From an uncultured Chloroflexia bacterium (GTDB taxonomy: Bacteria > Chloroflexota > Limnocylindria > Limnocylindrales > CSP1-4), in contig CAVQLA010000008.1 of assembly GCA_963713285.1 (NCBI GenBank), positions 67,733 through 131,732 of the forward strand: 64,000 nucleotides of DNA, given 5' to 3'. The position numbers and the translations under genes are program-made. The notes beneath the pieces are model-generated. The model had not been told where the DNA came from. It ran no database searches and worked only from the letters and a program-made list of their open reading frames with translations. Shown piece after piece: positions 40,499 to 50,401 of this stretch (position 1 is the first letter of the stretch; each line of letters opens with the position of its first letter).

Positions 40499-41482
40499 AT
40501 GGGCACGCGCGGCGTCCCGCGCGGGGCGCCCGCTCCGTCTCCGGAGCCGGCCGCGATGACAGAGACGCTCTTCGAACGCTACAAGGAGGCCCTGCGGGCC
40601 GGCCACGTGGCAGTCGTGCGCGGTCGCCTCGAGGAGGCCGTGAGCGCCTACCGCGAGGCCGTGGCGATCGCCCCCGACCGGGCGGTGCCGCACGGCTCCC
40701 TCGGCAGCGTCCACCTGCGCCTCGGCGAGCCCGAGGCGGCGCTCGCCGCGTACGACGCGGCGCTGGCGATCGCCCCCGACGACGATCCGGCGACGCTCGG
40801 CAGGGCCCAGGCCCTGGTCGTCCTCCGCCGCACGGCCGAGGCGGCGGCGACGTACGACCACCTTGCCGACCTGCGGGACGCGGGGGACCGGGCGACCGAC
40901 GCTGTCGAGGCCGCGAGGCGGGCGCTCGCGATCGAGCCGTCCGATGCCCGGCGTGTCCGCCATGCCGCGCTCGTGGAGCGGCTCCGGGCGACCGCCGGGC
41001 CGGCCGCGACGGGCGAGGGTGTCGCGGAGATCGTCGGCGACGCCGGCGCCGGGGAGGCCGGCGAGCCCGCCGGGGAGCCGAGCACCGAGCCCAACGGGGA
41101 GCCCGCGGCGGCCCCGTCCGAGCCGCCCGGCCCCGACCCGGAAGCGCTGGTCGCGGCCGCCGAGGCGGCCGCTGCCCGGGGCGACGTGGACGCCGCCGCC
41201 TCGGCCGCGCTCCTGGCGGCCGAGGCCTACCGGTCCCGGGGCCACGCCGTCGCGGCGTTCGACGTCTGCCTCCTGGGGATCGGCGCTCGCCCGGCGGACG
41301 TGGACCTCCACCTGCTCCTGGCCGACCTCGCCGCCGGCCGCGGGTGGACCGGGCAGGCCGGCGACACGTACCGCAACCTGCTCCGCCTGGTCGAGCTCGA
41401 CGGCGACGCGGTGCTCGCCGGGAGGATCCGCGGCCTGGCGGCGGAGCACCTGCCCGGCGATCCGCGGTTCGGACCCGCCTGA
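40499..41482 (+). CDS. TPR-repeat protein (hypothetical); start may be the internal ATG at about 40556
   Basis: Repeated 34-aa TPR-like units (AYREAVAIAPD, AYDAALAIAPDD, ARRALAIEPSD). Confidence 0.45.
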   Translation: MGTRGVPRGAPAPSPEPAAMTETLFERYKEALRAGHVAVVRGRLEEAVSAYREAVAIAPDRAVPHGSLGSVHLRLGEPEAALAAYDAALAIAPDDDPATLGRAQALVVLRRTAEAAATYDHLADLRDAGDRATDAVEAARRALAIEPSDARRVRHAALVERLRATAGPAATGEGVAEIVGDAGAGEAGEPAGEPSTEPNGEPAAAPSEPPGPDPEALVAAAEAAAARGDVDAAASAALLAAEAYRSRGHAVAAFDVCLLGIGARPADVDLHLLLADLAAGRGWTGQAGDTYRNLLRLVELDGDAVLAGRIRGLAAEHLPGDPRFGPA

Positions 41483-41563
41483 CCTTCGAGCCGCCCGTCC
41501 GGGACGTTCGCCGAGAGGACGTTCGCCGGAGGCCCGGGAGGCCGGTGCTACACTCACCGGACG

Positions 41564-42502
41564 ATGTCCGAGCTCCTCGAGTCGATCGCCGGCCAGATCC
41601 GGCTGGCCACGCTCGTCGACATCGGGCTGACCGCCGTCGTCATCTACTGGGTCTTCAGCCTCATCCGCGGGACTCGGGCGGTTCGGCTCGTGATCGGCGT
41701 CAGCGTGATCCTCGCGATCTACGCGGTGGCCCAGGCCGCCGGCCTGCGGCTGTTCACCCAGCTGCTCCAGGCGGGCGCGGTGGTGGGCCTCTTCGCCTTG
41801 GTCGTCGTCTTCCAGCCCGAGCTGCGGCGCGGCCTCGAGCGGCTCGGCCGGGTGGGGTCGTTCGCGTGGCTGCTCTCGCCGGCCGACCAGCGGACGGCGG
41901 ATCGCGTCGCATCCACGGTTGCCCGGGCCGCGACCCGCCTCGCCGCGGCACGCGCCGGAGCGCTGGTCGTCATCGAGCGCGAGACCGGCCTGGAGGAGAT
42001 CGCCGAGACCGGCGTGATGATCCACGGCGACCTCACCTCGGACCTGCTCGAGGCGCTGTTCATCCCGCGCGGCGCCCTCCACGACGGCGCCGTCATCGTG
42101 CGCGGCGAGACGATCGTGGCCGCCGGGGCGCTCCTGCCGCTCGCCGAGACCACCCTGCAGGCCGAACGCTACGGGACGCGGCATCGGGCCGCGCTCGGCA
42201 TCACCGAGCAGACGGATGCGGTCGTCGTCGTCGTCTCGGAGGAGACCGGCCAGGCCAGCCTCGTCGAGCGGGCGCGGATCCGGCGCAACCTCGACGAGGC
42301 GCAGCTCACGCGGGCGCTCACGGCGCTCCTCCGGCCGGAGCGCCGGGGCGACGCGCTCCGTGACCGCCTCGGCCGGCCGGGTTCCTCGGCGGGTGGCCTG
42401 CGCCGCGCCGCGCTCGGCAACCTGGGGCGCACCGCGCGCGACGCGGGCGCGGACGAACCCCGCGACGACGTTCCCGGCGCGGCGGCCGGGGCGGGGCGCT
42501 GA
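41564..42502 (+). CDS. cdaA: diadenylate cyclase CdaA (DisA_N/DAC domain)
   Basis: Three N-terminal TM helices. DAC motifs DGAVIV and TRHRAALG. Followed by cdaR and glmM as in Firmicutes. Confidence 0.75.
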   Translation: MSELLESIAGQIRLATLVDIGLTAVVIYWVFSLIRGTRAVRLVIGVSVILAIYAVAQAAGLRLFTQLLQAGAVVGLFALVVVFQPELRRGLERLGRVGSFAWLLSPADQRTADRVASTVARAATRLAAARAGALVVIERETGLEEIAETGVMIHGDLTSDLLEALFIPRGALHDGAVIVRGETIVAAGALLPLAETTLQAERYGTRHRAALGITEQTDAVVVVVSEETGQASLVERARIRRNLDEAQLTRALTALLRPERRGDALRDRLGRPGSSAGGLRRAALGNLGRTARDAGADEPRDDVPGAAAGAGR

Positions 42503-42507
42503 CCTCG

Positions 42508-43788
42508 ATGCGCTCCGTCGTCGCGTTCGTGGTCCGCAACTGGCCGCTCAAGATCGCGGCCATCCTGCTCGCGACGCTGCTCTACGCCGGGCTCATCGTG
42601 TCGGCGTCGGCGGAGACCTTCCAGGGCCGGGTCCCGATCGAGATCCTCAACCAGCCGGAGGAGACGTACGTCCTGGGCGACCTGCCGGACGTGACGACGG
42701 TCCGCTATCTCGCGCTCGGCGCGGATCGCCCCCAGGTCACCTCGTCGACGTTCACGGCGACGGTCGACCTGTCGGACGCCCGCGCCGTGGCAGGCGCCCC
42801 GCCGCAGAGCGTCCCGGTGATCGTCCAGTCGATCGACCCGGCGATCCAAGTGATCGACTTCTCGCCGTCCCGCGTGGCCGTCCGCCTGGACCCGCTGGTC
42901 ACGAGCGAGGTCCCCGTGCGCGTCGACCTGGGCGTGGTCCCGCCCGGCCTCGACGTGCGCGAGCCGGTGGTCGCGCCCGACACCGTCCGGGTCTCCGGGC
43001 CGGAATCGGCGGTCCGGTTCGTGACGGCCGCCCAGGCGCGGGTGCGCATCGATCCGTCGGGCCTCGACGTCAACGAGACCGTCGGCCTGGAGCCGATCGA
43101 CGCCAGCGGCGAGGTCGTCGACGGCGTCGACGTCCAGCCCAGCTCGGCGCGCGTGACGATCCAGATCGGCAGCCAGCTGGCCACCCGGACGCTCCCCGTC
43201 AACGCCGTCGTGACGGGCACGCCGGACCCGGCCGTGGAGATCACCGGCGTCGACGTCCAGCCGGTGCTCGTCACCGTGGAGGGCGAGGCCGACGCGCTGG
43301 CGGGCGTCGTCTCGATCGACACCCGGCCGGTGTCGGTCTCGGGGGCGACCACCGACATCGACACGCAGGTGGGCCTCGCGCTGCCCGAGGGCGTCGCGGC
43401 CCTCGGTGTCGACCAGGTGCAGGTGGTCATCACGATCCGCCCGCGCTCCGGCACGCGCACCTTCGAGGCCGGCCTCGAGATCGTCAACGCGAACCCCGGC
43501 CTGGAGTACCGTCCCGCGGTGGACCGCGTGCTGCTGACCGTCGGCGGCACGCTGGAGGCCCTCGACGCGGTGGACCCGACCCGCATCGTCGCCCGCCTCG
43601 ACGTGGCCGGGCTCGGTCCGGGCACGAGCGCGGTGGCGGTGACGGTCCAGCTCCCGGCCGGCGTCAGCCTCGTCTCCGCGTCTCCCCAGGAGGTGTCCGT
43701 GACCGCGACGCCCGTCGCCACGCCCACGCCGGCCCCCACGTCGCAGGCCGCACCCGTCGAATCGCCGACGCCCAGCCTTGCGCCGTGA
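42508..43788 (+). CDS. cdaR: CdaA regulator CdaR (YbbR-like repeat protein)
   Basis: N-terminal TM anchor then repeated YbbR-like beta domains. Position between cdaA and glmM. Confidence 0.65.
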   Translation: MRSVVAFVVRNWPLKIAAILLATLLYAGLIVSASAETFQGRVPIEILNQPEETYVLGDLPDVTTVRYLALGADRPQVTSSTFTATVDLSDARAVAGAPPQSVPVIVQSIDPAIQVIDFSPSRVAVRLDPLVTSEVPVRVDLGVVPPGLDVREPVVAPDTVRVSGPESAVRFVTAAQARVRIDPSGLDVNETVGLEPIDASGEVVDGVDVQPSSARVTIQIGSQLATRTLPVNAVVTGTPDPAVEITGVDVQPVLVTVEGEADALAGVVSIDTRPVSVSGATTDIDTQVGLALPEGVAALGVDQVQVVITIRPRSGTRTFEAGLEIVNANPGLEYRPAVDRVLLTVGGTLEALDAVDPTRIVARLDVAGLGPGTSAVAVTVQLPAGVSLVSASPQEVSVTATPVATPTPAPTSQAAPVESPTPSLAP

Positions 43789-43790
43789 CG

Positions 43791-45122
43791 ATGGGACGCC
43801 TCTTCGGGACGGACGGGATCCGCGGCGTAGCCAACGTCGACCTCCGGGCGCCGCTGGCGTACGCGCTCGGGCGCGCGGTGGCCCACGAGCTCGCCGGGGC
43901 GGGCGGCGCCCTGGTGGTCGGCCGGGACACCCGGCGCTCGGGCGGCATGCTCGTGGCGTCGATCGCCGCGGGCGCGGCCAGCCTGGGAAGCGACGTCCAC
44001 GTGGTGGGGGTCCTCCCGACGCCGGCGCTCGCCTTCCTTGCCGGATCGGGGGCGTTCGCCGCCGGCGTGATGGTGTCCGCCTCCCACAACCCGGCCGACG
44101 ACAACGGCCTGAAGGTGCTCGACAGCCGGGGCCTCAAGCTCGACGAGCCCGCGGAGGACGCCCTGGAGCAGCTCATCTGGCGCGCCGAGGAGCTCGGCGG
44201 GCCGCGGAACGCCGGGATCGGCCGCCTCGTCGACGCCTCCGACCTCGCCGATCTCTACCGTGAGGACCGTGTCCGCCTCGCCCGGTCCACGCCGTGCGAT
44301 CTCCACATCGTCCTCGACTGCGCCAACGGGGCCGGCGGCGTGACGGCGCCGGAGATCCTCGCGGCCACCGGCGCCCGGATCGACGTGATCCACAACGCGC
44401 CCGACGGCGTGAACATCAACGCCGGCTGCGGGGCCACGGCCCCGGCATCCCTCGCCGCCGAGGTCGTCGCCCGCGGCGCCGACCTGGGCTTTGCCCTCGA
44501 CGGCGATGCCGACCGGCTGGTCGTCGTAGACCGGCACGGTCACGTGGTGGACGGCGACCAGCTTCTCGGCGTCTGCGCCCTCGACCGCCTGGCGCGCGCG
44601 GCGCTCCCGGGCGGGATCCTCGTCGTGACGGTCCTCTCGAACGGCGGTCTCGAGGCGGCCCTCCGGGCGGCCGGCGGCCACCTCGTCCGCACCCCGGTGG
44701 GCGACAAGTACATCCTCGAGGGGATGCAGGTGACCGGTGCCGGGCTCGGCGGCGAGAAGAGCGGCCACGTCATCGTGCTCGAGCATGCGAGCTCGGGCGA
44801 CGGCGTCGTGACCGGCCTCGAGCTGCTGGGGATCCTGGGCCGCGCGGGCCGGCCGATCGACGAGCTGGCGACGGCGATCCCGCTCTTCCCCCAGGAGCAG
44901 CGCGCCGTCCCGGCCCGCCGCAAGGAGCAGTGGGAGGCGGACCCGGTCCTCGGGGCGGCAATCGAGGAGGCGCGCGAGCGGCTCGGGTCGGGCGGCCGCG
45001 TCCTCGTCCGGCCGTCGGGAACAGAGCCGGCCCTGCGGATCATGGTCGAGGGAGCGGACGCCGCCGCGGTGGCCGAGCTGGCCGAGATGCTCGCTGCCGT
45101 GGCGGGCGAGCGCCTACACTAG
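43791..45122 (+). CDS. glmM: phosphoglucosamine mutase
   Basis: MGRLFGTDGIRG... Active-site SASHNPADDNG. GDGDADR Mg site. The track ORF 42216..45122 is an upstream read-through. Confidence 0.9.
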   Translation: MGRLFGTDGIRGVANVDLRAPLAYALGRAVAHELAGAGGALVVGRDTRRSGGMLVASIAAGAASLGSDVHVVGVLPTPALAFLAGSGAFAAGVMVSASHNPADDNGLKVLDSRGLKLDEPAEDALEQLIWRAEELGGPRNAGIGRLVDASDLADLYREDRVRLARSTPCDLHIVLDCANGAGGVTAPEILAATGARIDVIHNAPDGVNINAGCGATAPASLAAEVVARGADLGFALDGDADRLVVVDRHGHVVDGDQLLGVCALDRLARAALPGGILVVTVLSNGGLEAALRAAGGHLVRTPVGDKYILEGMQVTGAGLGGEKSGHVIVLEHASSGDGVVTGLELLGILGRAGRPIDELATAIPLFPQEQRAVPARRKEQWEADPVLGAAIEEARERLGSGGRVLVRPSGTEPALRIMVEGADAAAVAELAEMLAAVAGERLH

Positions 45123-45177
45123 GGCCCCGGCGGGCGCCGGCGCGGATGCCCGGCGCAACGGAGGTGGGTTCAGGCGC

Positions 45178-47007
45178 ATGTGCGGAATCGTCGGCTACAC
45201 GGGACCTCGCGCGGCGGGCCCGATCCTCATGGAGGGACTGCGGCGCCTGGAGTACCGGGGCTACGACTCCGCCGGGATCGCCCTCGTGACCGAGGCCGGC
45301 GACCTCTTCGTGGAGAAGAAGGCCGGCAAGCTGGCCAACCTCGCCACGGCGATCGAGGATCGCACGCCGAGCTCCGGGATCGGTCTGGCGCACACGCGCT
45401 GGGCGACGCACGGCCGGCCCAACGACCTCAACGCGCACCCCCACGTGGACTGCACCGGGGAGATCACGGTCATCCACAACGGGATCATCGAGAACTTCCG
45501 CGAGCTCCGCGACGGGCTCGAGGCGCGCGGCCACCATCTCGCCTCGGAGACCGACACGGAGGCCCTGGCCCACCTGGTCGAGGAGGCATACCGCGGCGAC
45601 CTGGCCGCGGCCGTGCGGGCGGCGCTCGCGCGGGCCGAGGGGGCGTACGCCGTCGCCGTCATGCATCGGGGCGAGCCCGATCGGCTCGTCGGGGCCCGGA
45701 TGAACGTGCCGCTCGTGGTCGGGATCGGGGACGGCGAGACGTTCCTCGCCTCGGACGTGGCGGCGATCCTGGCCCACACCAACCGGGTCGTCTTCCTGGA
45801 GGAGGGCGACGTCGCCGACCTGCGGCCGTGGGGGATCACGATCACCGACGTGGCGGGGACGCCCGTCTCGCGCGCCGTCACCGAGGTCACGTGGACTGCC
45901 GAGGACGCCGAGAAGGGCGGCTACGAGCACTTCATGCTCAAGGAGATCCACGAGCAGCCACAGGCGCTGCGCCAGTGCGTGGCCGGGCGCGTGGCGCCGG
46001 ACGGCACGCTCCGCCTGGAGGAGCTGGCGCCGCTGGCGGACGTCTTCCGGACGATCACCCGCGTGGAGCTCGTCGCCTGCGGGACGGCCTCCTACGCATC
46101 GCTCGTGGGCGCCGCGCTGATCGAGAAGTGGGCCGGGATCCCCGCCCGCCTCACCGTCGGGTCGGAGTTCCGCTACAGCCCGCCACCGCTCGATGCGACG
46201 ACGCTCGTGATCGCCGTGACCCAGTCCGGCGAGACGGCCGACACGATCGCCCCGACGCGCTACGCCCGCGAGCGGGGCTGCCCGATCGTCGCCGTCACGA
46301 ACACCGTCGGGTCGGCGATCACCCGCGAGGCCGACGCCGTCCTCTTCCTGCAGGCGGGGCCCGAGATCGCCGTCGCGGCGTCGAAGACCTTCACGACCCA
46401 GGTTGCCACGCTGGTGATGGTGGCCGCCGCGATCGCCCACGCCCGGGGCGCGCTGCCGATCGAGGAGGAGCGCGCGCTCGTCGCCGCCCTTCGCGAGCTT
46501 CCCGACGCGGCCCAGCGCGCCCTCGACGCGTGTGCCGGCGTGCCCGACCTCGCCCGCCGCTACGTCAACAGCCGCGGCTTCATGTTCGTCGGCCGCGGGA
46601 CCTCCTACCCGGCCGCGCTCGAGGGCGCCCTCAAGCTCAAGGAGGTCAGCTACGTCCATGCCGAGGGGTACGCGGCCGGCGAGCTGAAGCACGGTCCGAT
46701 CAGCCTGCTCGACGCCGAGTGCCCGCTCGTGGCCGTCGCCACGCGCTCGACCGTCTACGACAAGCTGATGAGCAACGTGATGGAGGGCCGTGCGCGCGAC
46801 GCGCGCGTCATCGCCGTGGCGACGGAGGGCGACGCGCAGATCGACCGGTTCGCGGACGACGTGCTGTGGGTCCCCGACACGCTTGAGGCGCTGAGCCCGA
46901 TCCTCGCGATCATCCCGCTCCAGCTCTTCGCCTACCACACGGCCGTCGCCCGGGGCACGGACGTCGACCAGCCGCGCAACCTGGCGAAGTCGGTCACGGT
47001 CGAGTAG
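45178..47007 (+). CDS. glmS: glutamine--fructose-6-phosphate aminotransferase
   Basis: N-terminal MCGIVGY. Two SIS domains. Ends ...KSVTVE. Confidence 0.95.
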   Translation: MCGIVGYTGPRAAGPILMEGLRRLEYRGYDSAGIALVTEAGDLFVEKKAGKLANLATAIEDRTPSSGIGLAHTRWATHGRPNDLNAHPHVDCTGEITVIHNGIIENFRELRDGLEARGHHLASETDTEALAHLVEEAYRGDLAAAVRAALARAEGAYAVAVMHRGEPDRLVGARMNVPLVVGIGDGETFLASDVAAILAHTNRVVFLEEGDVADLRPWGITITDVAGTPVSRAVTEVTWTAEDAEKGGYEHFMLKEIHEQPQALRQCVAGRVAPDGTLRLEELAPLADVFRTITRVELVACGTASYASLVGAALIEKWAGIPARLTVGSEFRYSPPPLDATTLVIAVTQSGETADTIAPTRYARERGCPIVAVTNTVGSAITREADAVLFLQAGPEIAVAASKTFTTQVATLVMVAAAIAHARGALPIEEERALVAALRELPDAAQRALDACAGVPDLARRYVNSRGFMFVGRGTSYPAALEGALKLKEVSYVHAEGYAAGELKHGPISLLDAECPLVAVATRSTVYDKLMSNVMEGRARDARVIAVATEGDAQIDRFADDVLWVPDTLEALSPILAIIPLQLFAYHTAVARGTDVDQPRNLAKSVTVE

Positions 47008-47015
47008 GCGCGGCC

Positions 47016-47603
47016 GTGGACGCGACGCCGCCGATCCCGGCCGGGACGGCCGAGCTGGGCCTCGACATCATCCGCGTCGACCGCATTCGCGAGGCGCTCG
47101 ACCGCTTCGGCGAGCGCTTCGTCGGGCGGGTCCTCACCGCGGCGGAGGCCCGCTACGTCCGGGGCCGGCCCGAGACGTTCGCCGGGCGCTGGGCGGCCAA
47201 GGAGGCCGTCAGCAAGGTCCTGGGGCTCGGCGTCCGAGGCATCGGCTGGCGCGACATCGAGATCGAGCGGCTGCCCACGGGCCAGCCGGCGGTGCGGCTC
47301 CACGGGCGTGCGGCGGCCCGCGCCGACCAGCTGGGTCTCGACCGGGTTGCCGTCAGCATCACTCACGAACGGGAGTACGCGCTGGCGATCGCCTTCGGCA
47401 TCCGCCGCAGCGGCGGTCGGTACGTCCTGCCGCCGGACATCGACGAGCGCCTCGACGAACGCGAGCAGGCGCTCCTCCGGCGCATGGACCGCCTCCGGGC
47501 GCTCGCCGGCGAGGCGGCCGTGCTCGAGGCGCGGACCGGCGCCGGGGGCACGCGGGAGGCGGGAGGCCCCGCCGGTGCCGCGCGGGAGGCGGCCCGTGAC
47601 TGA
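47016..47603 (+). CDS. acpS: holo-[acyl-carrier-protein] synthase with C-terminal extension
   Basis: GLDIIRVDRI...WAAKEAVSKVLG core. About 70 extra C-terminal residues. Confidence 0.75.
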   Translation: MDATPPIPAGTAELGLDIIRVDRIREALDRFGERFVGRVLTAAEARYVRGRPETFAGRWAAKEAVSKVLGLGVRGIGWRDIEIERLPTGQPAVRLHGRAAARADQLGLDRVAVSITHEREYALAIAFGIRRSGGRYVLPPDIDERLDEREQALLRRMDRLRALAGEAAVLEARTGAGGTREAGGPAGAAREAARD

Positions 47604-48588
47604 GCTCGAGCAGCTCGACGAGCGCCTCGCCGCGGCGCTCCTGCCGCCCCGGCCCGCCCGCGGCCACAAGGGCACGTTCGGCAAGCTGCTCGTCGTGGCC
47701 GGGTCCCTCGACTACGCCGGCGCCGCGCTCCTCGTCTGCCAGGCCGCCGGGCGCGCCGGCGCCGGCCTCGTGACGCTGGCGGTGCCCGAGTCGCTCCAGC
47801 CGCTGTTCGCGGCCAAGGTCGTGGAGGCGACGACGATGCCGCTCGACGAGGACGACGTCGAGGAGGTCGACCCGGAGCCGGCGCTGGCGCGCATCCTCGA
47901 CCACGACCACGACGCGCTGGTCATCGGGCCCGGCCTGCGGCCATCGCTCGCAACCGGCGAGCTGGTGCGGGGCGTCCTCGGCCCGGCGGCCGGCGACGAC
48001 GCCTGCCCGGCGGTCGTCGACGCCGAGGCACTGCGGACCCTGGCGGCGGAGGACGGGTGGTGGGAGGGCGTCCGCCGCCGGTCGGTCCTGACGCCCCACG
48101 CGGGGGAGTTCGCCCGCCTGCGGGCCGCCTCAGGCATCTCGCCCGGTGCCGACGGCGATCTCAACGAGGACGACGAGGCGCGCCGCGAGGCGGCCTGCGA
48201 CGCCGCGGTGACCTGGGGTCACGTCGTCGTGCTCAAGGGGGCCCGCACGGTGATCGCCGCGCCGGACGGAAGCGCGGCAGGCGCCCCGTTCGAGAACCCC
48301 GGGCTGGCCACGGGCGGGACCGGCGACGTGCTGTCCGGCACGATCGGGGCGCTCCTCGCGCAGGGCCTCGGCCCCTATGCCGCGGCGCGCCTGGGCGTGT
48401 ACCTCCACGGCATGGCCGGGGACGCGGCGCGGGCGCGGATCGGCGACGCGGGGCTCCTCGCCGGGGACCTCCCCCTCGAGATCGCCCTGGCGCGCCGGCG
48501 CCTGGCCGCGGACGCGGAGCGGCGGGCCGGCGGGCGTGTCGGCTTCCGCGAATCGGCCGCCGGGACACAGCCGACCGACTCCGCGTGA
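47596..48588 (+). CDS. nnrD: ADP-dependent NAD(P)H-hydrate dehydratase (YjeF C-terminal domain)
   Basis: KGTFGKLLVVAGS..., GPGLR..., TPHAGEFARL, GGTGDVLSG motifs. Confidence 0.85.
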   Translation: MTELEQLDERLAAALLPPRPARGHKGTFGKLLVVAGSLDYAGAALLVCQAAGRAGAGLVTLAVPESLQPLFAAKVVEATTMPLDEDDVEEVDPEPALARILDHDHDALVIGPGLRPSLATGELVRGVLGPAAGDDACPAVVDAEALRTLAAEDGWWEGVRRRSVLTPHAGEFARLRAASGISPGADGDLNEDDEARREAACDAAVTWGHVVVLKGARTVIAAPDGSAAGAPFENPGLATGGTGDVLSGTIGALLAQGLGPYAAARLGVYLHGMAGDAARARIGDAGLLAGDLPLEIALARRRLAADAERRAGGRVGFRESAAGTQPTDSA

Positions 48589-49928
48589 CCGGGTCCGACC
48601 GGGGCGTCCCCGGGGTCGAGACGCGCCTCCGCCTGGCCGGCCTGCCGGCCCTGCCCCGCACGGCGTGGCTGGAGATCGACCTCGACCGCCTGGCCGGCAA
48701 CGTGGCCGCCATCCGCGCGGCGCTTCCGCGGGGCGTCACCCTCGAGGTGGTGGTGAAGGCCGATGCCTACGGCCACGGCGCCGTCCCGATCGCGTGGGCG
48801 GCCCTTGCGGCGGGTGCCCGCGGCCTCTGCGTGGCGACCCTGGACGAGGCCCTGGAGATCCGGCAGGCCGGCATCGAGGCGCCCATGCTCGTCCTCTTCC
48901 CGATCCCCCCGGCGGCCGCGCCCGTGGCCGCCCGTGCCGGGGTCGCGATCGCCGCGGGCGACGCCGGCCTCCTCGCCGATGCCCTCGCGGCGTATGCCGC
49001 CGCCCGCCGGCGCGCCCGCCGGGAGCTGCCGGCCCTCGGCATCCAGCTCGCGCTCGAGACGGGGCTGGGCCGGGACGGCCTCGCGCCGGAGGAGGCCGTC
49101 GCGGCTGCTCGTGGCGTGGCGGCCACCCCCGGGGCCGTGCTCCTGGGTGCCTGGTCCCACCTCCAGGCTCCCGCGGACCGGGCCCGCACCGACGACCAGG
49201 TGGATCGCTTCACGGCGGCCCTCGCGGCGCTCGGCAAGGCGGGTGTCGTCGTGGCCCATCGCCACGTCCTGGCCTCGGGCGGGCTCCTGGCGGTGGAGCG
49301 GCTCGTCGGCGGCGAGCGTCCCGTCTTCGACGGTCTGCGTGTCGGGCTGGCCGCCTACGGCATCGTGCCCGAGGGCCTGCCGATCGGCGCCGCGGCGTCG
49401 GGCATCCACGCGGGCCTCCGGCCGATCCTGTCGTTGCGAGCGCGCCCGATCCGGGTCGCCGACCTGCCGCCCGGCACGGGCATCAGCTACGGGCCGAGCT
49501 TCATCACGACCCGCCCGAGCCGGATCGCCACGCTGCCGGTCGGCTACGCGGACGGGTGGGCGCGGATCCTCTCGAACCGGGCGACGGCCCTCGTGCGCGG
49601 CGTCCGTGTCCCGCTCGTCGGCAACGTGGCCATGGACGCCGTCATGGCGGACGTCACGGACGTCCCCGGATCCCCGGTCACGGAGGCCGACGAGTTCGTC
49701 CTCATCGGGCAGCAGGGGGACGACGAGATCACCGCGGCAGAGGTGGCGCAGGAGCGCACCACGATCAGCTGGGAGGTGGTCGCGGCGATGGCCCGGCGCC
49801 TGCCCCGGGTGTACACTGCGCGGGCCGTGGCGGTCGGAATCCGCACGCTCACCGAGGATCGGGGGACATGGCGCGGCTTGCGCTCTGGAACGGCGACATC
49901 TGCGACCTCGAGGTCGACGCGATCGTGA
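48585..49928 (+). CDS. alr: alanine racemase (GTGA overlap with nnrD); the C-terminus may be artificially long
   Basis: PLP-site motif VVKADAYGHG. Overlaps the downstream macro-domain gene by 61 nt. Confidence 0.85.
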   Translation: MTGSDRGVPGVETRLRLAGLPALPRTAWLEIDLDRLAGNVAAIRAALPRGVTLEVVVKADAYGHGAVPIAWAALAAGARGLCVATLDEALEIRQAGIEAPMLVLFPIPPAAAPVAARAGVAIAAGDAGLLADALAAYAAARRRARRELPALGIQLALETGLGRDGLAPEEAVAAARGVAATPGAVLLGAWSHLQAPADRARTDDQVDRFTAALAALGKAGVVVAHRHVLASGGLLAVERLVGGERPVFDGLRVGLAAYGIVPEGLPIGAAASGIHAGLRPILSLRARPIRVADLPPGTGISYGPSFITTRPSRIATLPVGYADGWARILSNRATALVRGVRVPLVGNVAMDAVMADVTDVPGSPVTEADEFVLIGQQGDDEITAAEVAQERTTISWEVVAAMARRLPRVYTARAVAVGIRTLTEDRGTWRGLRSGTATSATSRSTRS

Positions 49929-50401
49929 ACCCCGCGAACGTCACGCTCTGGATGTCCACGGGCGTCGCCGGGGCGATCAAGCGCCGAGGAGGGGACGCGA
50001 TCGAGTTCGCCGCCGTCCGCCAGGCCCCCGTCCAGCTGGGCGGCGCCGTCGTCACCGATGCGGGGAGCCTCGCCGCCCGCTGGGTGATCCATGCCGTCTC
50101 CCTCGACCACCAGCGCCGGACCAGCGCGGAGGCGATCGCGGCGGCCGTCCGCAGCGCCTTCACCCGCGCCCGCGAGCTGGGCGTGGAGACGCTCGCCATC
50201 CCGGCGCTCGGCACCGGCGTCGGGGGCTTCCCCCTGGACGAGGCGGCCCGCATCACGGTCGCCACGGTGCGGGCCGAGGTCGGCCGGCTGCCGCGGCTCC
50301 ACACGGTGACGTTCGCCCTGCGCGGCGCCGCCGCCTACGAGGCCTTCCGGGCCGCGCTCGCGGCCCCCGCCCCGGCGCCGTCGATCGGTGGCCCGGTGTG
50401 A
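49868..50401 (+). CDS. stand-alone macro-domain protein (MacroD/YmdB-like ADP-ribose or O-acetyl-ADP-ribose hydrolase family)
   Basis: NGDICDLEVDAIVNPANVTLWMSTGVAGAIKRRGG..., HAVSL..., AIPALGTGVGGFP match macro-domain signatures. RBS GGGGGAC. Confidence 0.75.
   Translation: MARLALWNGDICDLEVDAIVNPANVTLWMSTGVAGAIKRRGGDAIEFAAVRQAPVQLGGAVVTDAGSLAARWVIHAVSLDHQRRTSAEAIAAAVRSAFTRARELGVETLAIPALGTGVGGFPLDEAARITVATVRAEVGRLPRLHTVTFALRGAAAYEAFRAALAAPAPAPSIGGPV

Noticed and set aside
42216-45122. 968-aa + ORF spanning cdaA/cdaR/glmM
   Set aside because: It is the glmM frame read backwards through cdaA and cdaR, which are coded in other frames. The real glmM starts at ATG 43791 with the canonical MGRLFGTDGIRG.
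45123-45177. glmS ribozyme/riboswitch upstream of glmS
   Set aside because: Only 55 nt separate glmM and glmS. That is far too short for the glmS ribozyme, which needs roughly 170 nt, and no conserved core motifs are seen.
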